NCBI GenBank assembly: GCA_963813135.1 | Contig: CAWEXY010000007.1 | Coordinates: forward strand, 1 to 42,039 | Length of the DNA stretch: 42,039 nt | Source: an uncultured Verrucomicrobiae bacterium | GTDB taxonomy: Bacteria > Chlamydiota > Chlamydiia > Chlamydiales > Rhabdochlamydiaceae | Direction of reading: 5' to 3' | Notes under the pieces: model-generated | Databases searched by the model: none | Told to the model about the DNA's origin: nothing | The model's input: only the letters and a program-made list of their open reading frames with translations | Made by a program: the position numbers and the translations under genes | Part shown: one piece after another, positions 1-9,628 of the stretch | How positions within the stretch are numbered: position 1 is the stretch's first letter | Layout: every line of letters begins with the position of its first letter

Positions 1-11
1 TAAATAGTAAA

Positions 12-746
12 ATGACCCAATTGAACGCTATCCTTGCCTTGGCCCGGCAAATTCCTTCGAATGAAGCAGCGCTGCCCCAAAAATTGGCTGAGCTGAGCAA
101 ACTCACAGAATCGTTAAGACAAGAGCCGGAACTTCAAGAGCTATTCGGAAAAATTGCAGATATCAACAAAGCGCTCACCGAAAAATATGAAAAAAGGCGA
201 TCTTTACAAAACCTAACATCTACCTACTTCGTCGGAGAGGCCAGCATTGATGGATTAAAGATTGAACAAGAACACAAAGACGACCTGAAACAGAAACTGA
301 AGACCAAGACACATATCCCACGTATCAGAGAATTGATTACCGAATACCAAGTAGATTTCGAGCCGTTCACACAGTTTACAAAAGACTTAGAGGATAAAGT
401 TAAGGTATTCGAAGAAAAAATAACTGCGGCTGAAAAAGAAAAAAGTCAACAACTAGCAAAAATTGGCCAGGCTGTTATCGGTTTCAAAAAAGCAGCCGAC
501 AACCTTCCTGCATTCAAAAGCAAGCCGGTTCATCTCCTTCGATATGTATCCAATGACCAAATTCGTTTCACGATCCTGCAAATCATCACCAATCTTGTTT
601 CAGCTGAAATCCTTCCAGATGTTAAACAAGCGCCTTCCTCCGCATCTAAAGGTTACTTGAACCAGTTCTTCTTTCACCGTATGATGTCAAGAGCCATGGA
701 TGTTCCATTGCCTATAACAGTAATGCCGCCCAACAGTAAATTGTAA
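12..746 (+). CDS. hypothetical coiled-coil-rich protein
   Basis: 244-aa ORF, E/K/L/Q-rich and helical-looking; ends 2 nt before the NUDIX start; no family recognised. Confidence 0.7.
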   Translation: MTQLNAILALARQIPSNEAALPQKLAELSKLTESLRQEPELQELFGKIADINKALTEKYEKRRSLQNLTSTYFVGEASIDGLKIEQEHKDDLKQKLKTKTHIPRIRELITEYQVDFEPFTQFTKDLEDKVKVFEEKITAAEKEKSQQLAKIGQAVIGFKKAADNLPAFKSKPVHLLRYVSNDQIRFTILQIITNLVSAEILPDVKQAPSSASKGYLNQFFFHRMMSRAMDVPLPITVMPPNSKL

Positions 747-748
747 GC

Positions 749-1198
749 ATGCACCGCCACTTCACAGCCAGCGTTTATATCCTCGATAGCGGGAAGGTCC
801 TCCTTCTGCCGCATGTCAAGCTGGGCAAGCGGCTCCCGCCCGGCGGCCATATCGAAGCCGATGAGACGCCGGTCATGGCCGCGAAACGGGAAGTCATGGA
901 AGAGACTGGCCTCGAGATCGAACTGATTGCCCAAGAAAACATCTGGCTGCAGTTTTGGAACGCCTCGAGTTTTGAGCGGCCCTATCTGTGCCTGTTAGAG
1001 AACATTCCCGCCTACAACGAGACGCCGGCCCATCAACATATCGATTTCGTTTATCTGGCCAAACCCTCCGGCGGGGAGCTCATGCCTCCGGCCCAATGGT
1101 ACACATGGGAAGAAGTGAACGCTTTGGAAGAGGAAGACATCTTCGGAGAGACCAGGGCAACCATCCGCCATCTCTTAAAAGAATCTGCCTATGTCTAA
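749..1198 (+). CDS. NUDIX hydrolase
   Basis: Nudix box GGHIEADETPVMAAKREVMEETGL. Confidence 0.93.
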   Translation: MHRHFTASVYILDSGKVLLLPHVKLGKRLPPGGHIEADETPVMAAKREVMEETGLEIELIAQENIWLQFWNASSFERPYLCLLENIPAYNETPAHQHIDFVYLAKPSGGELMPPAQWYTWEEVNALEEEDIFGETRATIRHLLKESAYV

Positions 1199-2285
1199 GT
1201 CTTTATTCATCGCCTCGACGGGGCAAAATGTCGGGAAGACCACCGCCTGCCTCGGACTTTTTTCCGGACTGCAAAAAAGGTTCTCCAGAGTCGGCTTCTG
1301 TAAGCCCGTCGGCCAACAAACCGTCGAAGTCGAAGGGTGCCTGCTCGTCGATAAAGACGTTGTGTTGGTCAAAGAACACTTCGGGCTGCTTTCCTCATAT
1401 CATGACATGAGCCCCGTGCTATTTCCGCCGGGCTTTACCCGAGAGTATTTAGATGGAAAGGTCCATACAAAAGAATTAAAGGAACGCATCTGCGGGTCTT
1501 TTGAAAAGATCCGCAGCGAACATGAATTCGTCCTCCTTGAGGGGACCGGCCATATTGGCGTAGGATCTATCGCGGGGATCAATAATGCCCAGGTCGCTGC
1601 GATGCTCAAAGTTCCCATGGTGCTAGTGGCGCCCGGCGGGCTCGGATCGGCCTTTGATGAGCTCGCGCTCAATAAAGCCCTCTGCGACCAGCATGGGGCC
1701 CAGGTGGTGGGCGTGATCCTCAACCGCGTGCTCCCCGAAAAGCGGGAGATGCTCACAAAATACATCGCCAAAGCTCTGAAGCCCTGGAAAATTCCCCTTT
1801 TGGGCTGCATCCCGTACGACGCGTTCTTAAGCAACCCGATGATGAAAGATTTTGAGCAGCTCTTTAAAACGACGCTGATCACGGGAGCTGAGCATCGTTT
1901 GCGTCATTTTAAGCAGACGCGGCTGGTCGATACTTCGCTCGAGACTTACCATGACCTTATCGCCAAGAGCCAACTGATCATCACGCCCGCAACGCGGGAA
2001 GATATCATTTTAGCGACTCTTACCCGGCATTGGGACGTTAAATTAGAAAATCCTGCCCAGGACCTCGAAGCAGGGATGATCCTGACAGGAGACTCCCCGC
2101 CCAAAAGAGCGATTGTCGAAGAGATTAAAAAAGCATCCATCCCGATGCTTTACGCGCCTCTAAGCAGTTATCAAGTGATGAAAATGATCACGTCGTTCAC
2201 AGCCAAGATCTTCAAGGAAGATGTCCCCAAGGTCCAAGAGGCCATCGAAGTCGTGGAACGTCACATTAATTTCTCAGCGATCTGA
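1191..2285 (+). CDS. BioD-like P-loop + DRTGG protein (phosphotransacetylase N-terminal-like, no catalytic PTA domain)
   Basis: N-terminal ASTGQNVGKTT, KPVG, LEGTGH, GVILNRV; C-terminal IITPATREDI DRTGG-like segment; 364 aa. Confidence 0.85.
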   Translation: MSKSLFIASTGQNVGKTTACLGLFSGLQKRFSRVGFCKPVGQQTVEVEGCLLVDKDVVLVKEHFGLLSSYHDMSPVLFPPGFTREYLDGKVHTKELKERICGSFEKIRSEHEFVLLEGTGHIGVGSIAGINNAQVAAMLKVPMVLVAPGGLGSAFDELALNKALCDQHGAQVVGVILNRVLPEKREMLTKYIAKALKPWKIPLLGCIPYDAFLSNPMMKDFEQLFKTTLITGAEHRLRHFKQTRLVDTSLETYHDLIAKSQLIITPATREDIILATLTRHWDVKLENPAQDLEAGMILTGDSPPKRAIVEEIKKASIPMLYAPLSSYQVMKMITSFTAKIFKEDVPKVQEAIEVVERHINFSAI

Positions 2286-3268
2286 TCTGCGGTAATGTTG
2301 TGGATGCAAGCGCCTGTTGGACACGTGCGCAGCACGGGGCACCGATGTACAAACGTGCGTCCATAGGGGCAGGACCCCTGCAAGTGCTTATGTTGAGCGC
2401 CGAGCGGTTTATAGACATGGGGGTTGGTGGGGCCGAAAAGACTGAACGAGGGGGTTTGCGTCATCGCGCATAGATGCAGCGCTGCGGAATCGACCGCCAA
2501 CACTAAATCAACATGGCGCATGAGCGCTTGCCACAGAGGGATCGAAAGATCTCCTACCGCGCGGCTATCGCTGGGGAACTGTTGGTGAAGCTCCTCGGCC
2601 AACGCTTTTTCTTGAGCGTTGGAGTAGACGAAAAGAAAATAAGGGCCCGATATCTTTTGAAGAAGGGCTTTGAGAGTCTCTGCCGAAGGCTGCTTATTGG
2701 ACCATTTGGAGCTCATCGCCACCATGTAGCAGGGATGGCGAGGAGGAAGCAGCGTCCGCAGGCGGGACTCTTCATCGGCGCTCAGTTTTAAGATGATTTC
2801 TCGAGGTGTAAACGCCTCTCCTCCCACTAAACGCAAATACCGCTCCTGGACCGGCAAATCCCCTGCTACCGATACACGTTTGTTAGTGGCGAGCAAGTTG
2901 GGTTTTTCTCGGACGCTTTTACTATCAAAACCGATCTTTTCCGTCCCCCGCGCCCACCAGGTAAAAAAGGCCGATTTTGTATTGCCTTGCAAGTCGAAAA
3001 TGAGGTCGTAAAATTGGGCGCGGAGCTTGCGGCGCACCTCAAAGATTTCTTTCCACGTGGACCAGAGAAAAATATTTTTTCTCCACTTTCTGGTGGAAAT
3101 AGAAATAACCTCAGAGACGCCTGGATGCGCTTTTAATAAATTTGTATATGTTTCCTCGGCGACCCAGTCGATCTGGGCGCCTGGGTACCGTTCAAGTAAA
3201 TAATCGAGAGCGGGAAAGGATTGAATGATATCCCCTAGGGCCGAGCTCTTGATGATTAAAATACGCAT
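2261..3268 (-). CDS. GT9 glycosyltransferase (LPS heptosyltransferase WaaC/WaaF-like)
   Basis: MRILIIKSSALGDII start, YDLIFDLQG, VDSAALHL, LFGPT motifs; start trimmed to ATG 3268. Confidence 0.9.
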   Translation of the reverse strand: MRILIIKSSALGDIIQSFPALDYLLERYPGAQIDWVAEETYTNLLKAHPGVSEVISISTRKWRKNIFLWSTWKEIFEVRRKLRAQFYDLIFDLQGNTKSAFFTWWARGTEKIGFDSKSVREKPNLLATNKRVSVAGDLPVQERYLRLVGGEAFTPREIILKLSADEESRLRTLLPPRHPCYMVAMSSKWSNKQPSAETLKALLQKISGPYFLFVYSNAQEKALAEELHQQFPSDSRAVGDLSIPLWQALMRHVDLVLAVDSAALHLCAMTQTPSFSLFGPTNPHVYKPLGAQHKHLQGSCPYGRTFVHRCPVLRTCPTGACIHNITADQIAEKLM

Positions 3269-3293
3269 GAAAAAATTATCGCAAAATTCCCTA

Positions 3294-3322
3294 TTGATTG
3301 CCATTGAACAAAGATTTAGAAT
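3294..3322 (+). promoter_or_regulatory. putative sigma70/sigma66 promoter
   Basis: TTGATT-17 nt-TAGAAT, 10 nt upstream of ATG 3333. Confidence 0.45.
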
Positions 3323-3332
3323 CGCGAGCTCT

Positions 3333-3740
3333 ATGAGAACATTTTTAGATCCTTTGGACATTAGAAGACACTATTCTAAGTATCCTCAAACGCCTGACAG
3401 ACAGGCCGCCATCAAGCTGATGCTCCGGACAGCCGTTGCCGGGCTGGGGGTGCTGGGAGCCTTCAAAACTCGTGAATTTAAAATGTTTATAATGATGGGA
3501 GCTGTGACTTTTGCACCTTCCATGCTGTTGGGAGCGGGTGGATGGATGGCCTGCACCGGCACTGCAAAGGTTGTGGCCTCCTTAGCTGTGCCCTCGCTGA
3601 AGGGACTGGCCATCGGTCTTGCTAAGGCCGGCAGCGGATATTTGTGCATTGTCTATCATGATTTTCCCGAAGAATATTTGGGAATGGGCGGAATTTACGA
3701 TCTCAGCATCATCGATACCTTTTCACAAATGCTCGGATGA
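3333..3740 (+). CDS. small hydrophobic membrane protein
   Basis: 135 aa from ATG 3333; long G/A-rich hydrophobic stretch; fills the gap between two minus-strand genes; promoter-like motif upstream. Confidence 0.65.
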   Translation: MRTFLDPLDIRRHYSKYPQTPDRQAAIKLMLRTAVAGLGVLGAFKTREFKMFIMMGAVTFAPSMLLGAGGWMACTGTAKVVASLAVPSLKGLAIGLAKAGSGYLCIVYHDFPEEYLGMGGIYDLSIIDTFSQMLG

Positions 3741-4568
3741 GAGATCGAGCTCTTCCAACGCCATTAAAAAATCTTCCGGCAACGAAGCTGCCACTTCAAT
3801 CTCTTCCCCGCTGGTCGGATGTGTGAACCGAACGCGATAAGCATGGAGTAGCACACGCGGCGGCTCATAAGGGCAGGTAAAGCGCTTGGCGTACTGCGTA
3901 TCGCCCAGGATGGGATGCCCCATCTCTTTGAGGTGGACGCGGAGTTGGTGGGTGCGGCCCGTCACCGGCTCGCAAAGCAGGAGCGAGGCTTTTTTTCCGG
4001 CTTCCAAAAGCGTCCAGTTGGTAATAGCCAGTTGCCCTTTTGCGGCTGACCCATAGATCGTTTGCCCTTGATAGCTGTGCTTTTTGGCAAGGCGCGTCGT
4101 GATGGTTCCCTCCTCTTTCTCAATAGGCCCATCGACGAGCGCGAGATAGGCCTTATACAACGCTTTCTCGGCAAAAAGGGCGATCATCTTTTGTCGCATC
4201 TCTTCGGTTTTCGCTAGGATGAGAACGCCCGAAGTTTCTTTGTCGAGACGATGGACGAGAAGGGCGGGGAAATTTTCGGGAGAGCACGCGATGCCTGCAG
4301 GCTTATCGCAGATGCAGAGCTCTTCGTCTTCAAACAAGATATTGAGATTGGTTTTTTTTGCCTGAGCGGCCAGGTCGATTTCGACAAGATCGCCCACATT
4401 GAGGGGGTGGGTCGAGAATGTCTCGATGCGGCCGTTGATGCGGCATTTTTTTCCGTCGATGGCGCGCTTGAGGGCTTTGACAGAGGTTGCACCCTCGCAA
4501 TGCTCCCGCAAGAAGTAGAGGAGCTTCATTCCCTTTTCTTGCGGGGCAACCTTAAATGAAAACTTCAT
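3723..4568 (-). CDS. RluA-family pseudouridine synthase
   Basis: DKPAG, VHRLDKETSG, TGRTHQLRVH, HPILGD motifs; S4-like N-terminus. Confidence 0.95.
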   Translation of the reverse strand: MKFSFKVAPQEKGMKLLYFLREHCEGATSVKALKRAIDGKKCRINGRIETFSTHPLNVGDLVEIDLAAQAKKTNLNILFEDEELCICDKPAGIACSPENFPALLVHRLDKETSGVLILAKTEEMRQKMIALFAEKALYKAYLALVDGPIEKEEGTITTRLAKKHSYQGQTIYGSAAKGQLAITNWTLLEAGKKASLLLCEPVTGRTHQLRVHLKEMGHPILGDTQYAKRFTCPYEPPRVLLHAYRVRFTHPTSGEEIEVAASLPEDFLMALEELDLSSEHL

Positions 4569-4604
4569 TGCATCCTACTCGGCTTAACTTTAAGAAATAA
4601 AGTA

Positions 4605-4654
4605 TTAACGCAAAGGCGCTAAGGGTCTTTTGTACCTTTGCGCCTTTGCGTTAA
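4605..4654. repeat. short palindromic (REP-like) repeat, copy 1
   Basis: TTAACGCAAAGGCGCTAAGG ... CCTTTGCGCCTTTGCGTTAA, 19/20 complementary; 12 nt past the pepA stop. Confidence 0.85.
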
Positions 4655-4666
4655 AAATCTTCCTCT

Positions 4667-6145
4667 TCACTTTTCGAGGTCGGTTAAAAACTCGACGAGG
4701 AGCCTTAGGCCAAAGCCCGTTGCAGGTGTCGAGTGATAGTGGCGCGGATTCGAAAGATAAGCGACGCCCGCGATATCGAGATGGGCCCAAGCCACTTTTT
4801 TCTCGATGAACTCTTGCAAAAAGATCGCACCCGAAATCGAAGAAGCTTTCCGATCGCCGGCATTTTTCATATCGGCAATCGAAGATTTAAGCACTTCTTT
4901 GTATTCCGGAAAGAGAGGGAAGCGCCAGAGGCGCTCATATGTGGCCGTCCCAGCATCCAACAGCCCTTTGGAGAGCTTATCGTCATTCGAAAAGAGCCCT
5001 GCCGCTTCTTCACCCAGCGCAACGACGATGCCGCCCGTTAAGGTGGCCAGATCGATAATACGTTTGGGTTTGTAATGTTTTTGCACGTAAGAAAGGGCAT
5101 CAGCAAGCACGAGGCGCCCTTCGGCGTCCGTATCGGCAATCTCAACGGTTTTCCCTGCATGACTCTTGTAAACATCGCCGGGTTTGTAACTCAGAGACCC
5201 GATGGCATTTTCCGTTGAAGGAATAGCGCCGAGAATATTCACTTTGAGCTTGAGGGTGGCAGCTGCTTTAATGACACCGAGAACGGTGGCTCCGCCGGCC
5301 ATATCATCTTTCATCGTGATCATACCGCTGCCCGGTTTAATATTGAGTCCACCGGTATCATACGTGATACCCTTGCCGACTAAGACCGTCAGGTCATCGC
5401 CGGAGGGATTGCCGCGGTATTCGACCAGAATAAAACGGGGCTCTAGGGGAGAAGCGCGATTCACCGCGAGCAGGAGTCCCATCTTCTCTTGCTCAATTTT
5501 TTTCTTATCCAAGATCGTCGTTTTAACTGCGCTGTGATCTTTGGCAAGTTTTTTGGCGACATCGGCAAGGTACTCAGGCGTCACATCATCGGCATTTCCC
5601 ATGACGAGGTCGCGGGTAAAGTTGACAGCTTCGATAATCGCCTGCGAACGCTTGCACTCGGCAAAAACTTCTGCATCGATGCCAATCAAGCAGCACTTTT
5701 CAACGTAGACAGGCGGATCTTTCTTTACCGTGGAGGGCCTCAAGGCATCGAAGACGTAGCTCGCGAGCAAAAGACCTTCCGTGATCGCAGCTGCGGCAGG
5801 GAAGCCTGTTTTGGGAAGGGCGATGCTGATGGCCGCTATTTTTTTGGAGCGGCACCATTTGATCGCTGCCGCCATGCTGCGGCGCAGACGCTCGCCGTCG
5901 CATGTCTCTTTATCCCCTAGGCCGAGGAGGAGCAGCCGGTCTTCCTTGTTGTGTTTTTTGTAGATAGGCAGCAGCTCTCCTTCTTTGCCCAGGAAATCGC
6001 CGCTTTTCACAGCGGGATCAAATGCTGCGGCAAACGAGTCCATCGGGCATGCAGACAGCGCCCGTTTTTCTCCCTGCCAAAAAGGGAGAATGAGCAAATC
6101 GGCCGATTTTCTCTCGGCGAAACTGGGGGCGTATGATAATTGCAT
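4667..6145 (-). CDS. pepA: leucyl aminopeptidase (M17)
   Basis: GKGITYDTGG, MKDDMAG, DTDAEGRLVLAD, DLATLTG, HLDIAG. Confidence 0.97.
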   Translation of the reverse strand: MQLSYAPSFAERKSADLLILPFWQGEKRALSACPMDSFAAAFDPAVKSGDFLGKEGELLPIYKKHNKEDRLLLLGLGDKETCDGERLRRSMAAAIKWCRSKKIAAISIALPKTGFPAAAAITEGLLLASYVFDALRPSTVKKDPPVYVEKCCLIGIDAEVFAECKRSQAIIEAVNFTRDLVMGNADDVTPEYLADVAKKLAKDHSAVKTTILDKKKIEQEKMGLLLAVNRASPLEPRFILVEYRGNPSGDDLTVLVGKGITYDTGGLNIKPGSGMITMKDDMAGGATVLGVIKAAATLKLKVNILGAIPSTENAIGSLSYKPGDVYKSHAGKTVEIADTDAEGRLVLADALSYVQKHYKPKRIIDLATLTGGIVVALGEEAAGLFSNDDKLSKGLLDAGTATYERLWRFPLFPEYKEVLKSSIADMKNAGDRKASSISGAIFLQEFIEKKVAWAHLDIAGVAYLSNPRHYHSTPATGFGLRLLVEFLTDLEK

Positions 6146-6576
6146 TAGAACGGCACCTCATCATCACCAATGGCAGCAACCGCTTTTCCTCTTCCATAGG
6201 CTGGCTCGCCTTTCTCAGATTTTTCTTCTTCGGAATCTCCTTGGGAAGCTTCGCCTCCTTTCGCGGAGTCAGGACGTCCAAAGGGGCTGAAAAGGATGCT
6301 AGATGCGGTCAGGCTCATAGAGATCTGGGGTTTGCCATCGCGATCTGTGAAGATTTCGGGTTTGTTCATTTCGCCGACGACGATGATGGGGCTTCCTTTT
6401 TTAAAGTAGGGTATCATCTTATCGAATTGATCCCCCCAAATCGATACGCGCCACCAAATGGTTTCATCTTTGCGAGCTCGGCATGCCACGCGCAGCGTGG
6501 TCACTTTTTGACCGGATGATGTAAAACGGACTTCAGGGTCTGCGCCAAGGTGTCCAGCGATTGTTGCTTGATTCAT
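6145..6576 (-). CDS. ssb: single-stranded DNA-binding protein
   Basis: MNQATIAGHLGADPEVR start after GGAGG SD; acidic tail DDEVPF. Confidence 0.96.
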   Translation of the reverse strand: MNQATIAGHLGADPEVRFTSSGQKVTTLRVACRARKDETIWWRVSIWGDQFDKMIPYFKKGSPIIVVGEMNKPEIFTDRDGKPQISMSLTASSILFSPFGRPDSAKGGEASQGDSEEEKSEKGEPAYGRGKAVAAIGDDEVPF

Positions 6577-6649
6577 ATCTCCTCCTAAATAAGATTCTTT
6601 GTCATTGTTGCAGGTGCAGAAAAACATTTCAAGCAGCGAATGAAAACCA

Positions 6650-7220
6650 AGAGAAAAAGGGTGTCGGGCTCTGACGAGCCCGAAAGTAATTTTTTATTTT
6701 TTGGGTTTCCTATGACATGTCGGGACCACGGCATTACATGTCCGTGCTCCCCGCTGCCCTCCTTGAGCTGACATCGGCTGCGCTAAATGGGTCCTCCGGC
6801 GCCGCGGCGTGCGGAGCACTGCCGCCGGCTTGTTCGGACCACATTTAGCATTGCCGGATGCAGCCGCGGGCTGCTCGCTTGCGCTGCTAAGGCAGCGCCG
6901 GCTCGCAAACCAAACTTAAGAAAACTTCTTAAAAATTGGCCTGTGAGCCGACGCGAAAAGGGACCCGTGCCGCAGGCATGGGAAATGAGCGCGCGAACAG
7001 TCGATGGCTTGCAGCCGCCCTGCAAAATGGTTCCGAACAAGGAGAGGCTGTGCTCTGCACGCCGAACCTTTGGGAGGAGCCATTTGGCTGGCGGATCCAA
7101 GCTCAAGGAGGGCAGCGGGGAGCACGCGCACACAAGTGGCGTGGTCCCGACATGTCATAGGAAACCCAAAAACTAAAATTATTTCATCGGGCTCGTCAGA
7201 GCCCGATACATTTTCTCATC
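6650..7220. repeat. long nested imperfect inverted repeat (REPIN/MITE-like element or structured RNA)
   Basis: perfect paired blocks 6664-6683/7187-7206 (20 bp), 6698-6730/7140-7172 (33 bp), 6743-6769/7100-7126 (27 bp); apex TTAAGAA-AAC-TTCTTAA 6916-6932. Confidence 0.93.
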
Positions 7221-7266
7221 TTGTGTTGCGGGAAATGCCCCCTTAAGATAATTAAATATTTTAGTT

Positions 7267-8418
7267 ATGACCCTGGCGGAAGATTTCACTCCTGATTTTT
7301 ATGACCCGTACTCGGATGTGAGCCTGTTTCTAGCACGCGAGGTCAAAAAAGCGATGCGAGAGGAAACGGAAATGAAATGGTCTCCCACTCTGCAAGAAAA
7401 ACTTCTCCAAAAAATTGCGCCCGAATTTTCTAAGCATTTCCCTCGGTATCGTTTGGGAGTCAGCTCGCTGAAAAAAACATGGGAGAAAATCTCCTACTAT
7501 TCCAAACAAATGCAAGGCCAAACGCATCTCTTTAACGCCGACGGCAAATTAAACGTTGAGGCGCTCATTCGTGAGAATATCCGCCGCGCCCTGCAAATGA
7601 AAAACTCCACACAGCATCAACCTTTGGCCTTTGCCCACCATGTGGCGCATAAAATCACCGATTTTTTGGCGATGATGGAAGGATCGCGGCCGATGCTCGA
7701 TCATTTAGCGCAAACCATTTGGGCCGTTCAACGCCACCTGCTACCGTTTGCACGGATAAAGGCGTCTCCCTCTCCGTATGACACGATGGACAAGCTCGAT
7801 AAAGTAGTGCTGAAAGTCATGCTGGAGGCCAGCGCCAAAGAAAATGGACTATCGCAAAAAAATCTATCCAAACGCGTACACGCCTGGATGCAAGAGGCCC
7901 AGTCGTCAGATCCCTCTCGCCTCGTGATGGAAGAGCTCGCCTATATCTCTATCGATCATCCCATGAAAAGCTCCCGGGCGGTCGCAGAGATGGCCAGCAC
8001 CTTCTTTCAAGGAGTGAAGAAACTTCTTTCCGCCACGAAGCTCTCCGATCTTGAGCACAAGATCTCTCTTTGGACGCATCAGGGAGATCTGGTTTATCGA
8101 TTTTTGTCGCTGCCGGGAGAAAACGGGCTTCTCTATGAAATACTGCACGGGAAGATGCGCGGCACCGTTAAGCGCTACTTGTCGCAGTATCCTCACCTCG
8201 AAGACCACATAGCTCTGGTAAAAGCCCGAGAAATCACCCTGCGCAAATATGTCTGGTATGCGCTGAAAGCGCTTCCGGAAGAATCGTCGTTGGACAGGTT
8301 CGCGGCATGGCACGCCAAGGGAAATCTTGGAGAAATCGCCCGCGAGCAAATTCCGCTGATCCCCTTACCGGCGCCGGTAAATCAAATAGAGGCCGAAGAG
8401 CACAAACGGCACGCTTAG
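7267..8418 (+). CDS. hypothetical protein
   Basis: 383-aa ORF with protein-like composition; overlaps the lgt 3' end convergently; no family recognised. Confidence 0.8.
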   Translation: MTLAEDFTPDFYDPYSDVSLFLAREVKKAMREETEMKWSPTLQEKLLQKIAPEFSKHFPRYRLGVSSLKKTWEKISYYSKQMQGQTHLFNADGKLNVEALIRENIRRALQMKNSTQHQPLAFAHHVAHKITDFLAMMEGSRPMLDHLAQTIWAVQRHLLPFARIKASPSPYDTMDKLDKVVLKVMLEASAKENGLSQKNLSKRVHAWMQEAQSSDPSRLVMEELAYISIDHPMKSSRAVAEMASTFFQGVKKLLSATKLSDLEHKISLWTHQGDLVYRFLSLPGENGLLYEILHGKMRGTVKRYLSQYPHLEDHIALVKAREITLRKYVWYALKALPEESSLDRFAAWHAKGNLGEIAREQIPLIPLPAPVNQIEAEEHKRHA

Positions 8419-9159
8419 GAACTGCGCCATATCAAGTCCGCCGTTTCCTGACATTAAGCGGCTCTGCTCTTCTTTGAAAAATTCGATGAAAAACCGGAAC
8501 GCGAAGACGAGGGCAATAAATAGGCCTGCGGTCCGCCCTTCCTTCCACTTTTTTTTACGCACGTAAAAGAACAGAAGCGCAAAAAGAGCGAAGTAGAAAA
8601 TCGCCTCATAAAGTTGCACGGGATGGCGCGGCGCCGGCGCAGAATGGTCGGCCGGATGGCCAAATACGACCGCCCAAGGAACATTCGTCACCTTGCCCAA
8701 GATTTCTTGATTGATGAAGTTGCCGATGCGGATGCATCCTGCCGCGAGGCCTGTAACGATCGAAAGAAGATCGAGAAGGCGAAGAAAGGAAAGCTCGCGG
8801 TACTTGCGAGAGAAAAGAAAGACCGCCGCTAAAATCCCCACCACACCTCCGTGGCTGGCAAGACCTCCTTCCCAGACTTTCACGATCATCCATGGGTCAT
8901 GCAAGTAATCGGAAGGGCTTTGATAAAACAAAACATCGCCCAGGCGCGCGCCGATCAGCGTTCCCACAATGACATAAAAGGAGAGATGTTCGGCAAGGAA
9001 TTTGGCCTTGCCGTGGACGATCGGGCGCAAAAGATAAAGCAGTGCGTAGTAGCTAAGGGCGAAACCGAAGGCAAAGCAAAAACCGTACCAAAGGATCGGC
9101 CTACCCAAAACAGGAATAGGAAACGAAAACATCTCGGGTGCGGGATCCCAATAAATCAT
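8365..9159 (-). CDS. lgt: prolipoprotein diacylglyceryl transferase
   Basis: WYG, GARLG, GGLASHGG, RIGNFINQE, HPVQLYE, RFFIEF; ATG 9159 overlaps the upstream TGA (ATGA). Confidence 0.96.
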   Translation of the reverse strand: MIYWDPAPEMFSFPIPVLGRPILWYGFCFAFGFALSYYALLYLLRPIVHGKAKFLAEHLSFYVIVGTLIGARLGDVLFYQSPSDYLHDPWMIVKVWEGGLASHGGVVGILAAVFLFSRKYRELSFLRLLDLLSIVTGLAAGCIRIGNFINQEILGKVTNVPWAVVFGHPADHSAPAPRHPVQLYEAIFYFALFALLFFYVRKKKWKEGRTAGLFIALVFAFRFFIEFFKEEQSRLMSGNGGLDMAQFLSVPFVLFGLYLIYRRR

Positions 9160-9575
9160 GCGCGGATTGCTACTGCCCGGCGGTAATAAAGAAAGGCGCC
9201 ATTGATGAGCGCAGAACCTACCGCCACATCCACCAAACCGATCCATTGCGGCGCGATAGGGACCCATTTGAGCACCATCCCCAGCGCCATCATCCCGGCA
9301 ATGAGAAAGATATATCCCTTGCCGTAAACTTCTTTTACAGAAACAGGCGCAGGGAGCGACAAAATCCGGTGGCAGACGCGCTGCACCGTCTTACTTAAAA
9401 CGAATCTCCCCTTAACAAACCCGATGAGAAGCCCAATCGAAATAAATATAAGGGCGGTTTGCTCGGCATTGGTGCCGAGAACAATTTTCTTGAGTCCGAC
9501 CGTAAGTAAAAAGATACCTACCGCCAGCCATAGCGATCCAGAGACAACAATCCAAGGCATGTGTTTCAATTTCAT
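9156..9575 (-). CDS. 4-TM hypothetical membrane protein
   Basis: four hydrophobic segments; translationally coupled to lgt. Confidence 0.8.
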   Translation of the reverse strand: MKLKHMPWIVVSGSLWLAVGIFLLTVGLKKIVLGTNAEQTALIFISIGLLIGFVKGRFVLSKTVQRVCHRILSLPAPVSVKEVYGKGYIFLIAGMMALGMVLKWVPIAPQWIGLVDVAVGSALINGAFLYYRRAVAIRA

Positions 9576-9628
9576 CCCTCCACTTTAACAGATCGACAAA
9601 AAAGATTTCACTACCTAAAATCGTAAAA

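Noticed and set aside
6650..7220. CRISPR array, tRNA, 6S RNA, tmRNA or RNase P RNA
   Set aside because: No direct repeat-spacer periodicity and none of the conserved motifs of these RNAs; size and end-to-end symmetry do not fit
6783..7246. Five overlapping ORFs on both strands inside the long palindrome
   Set aside because: No SD or recognisable motifs; open frames are explained by GC-rich palindromic sequence
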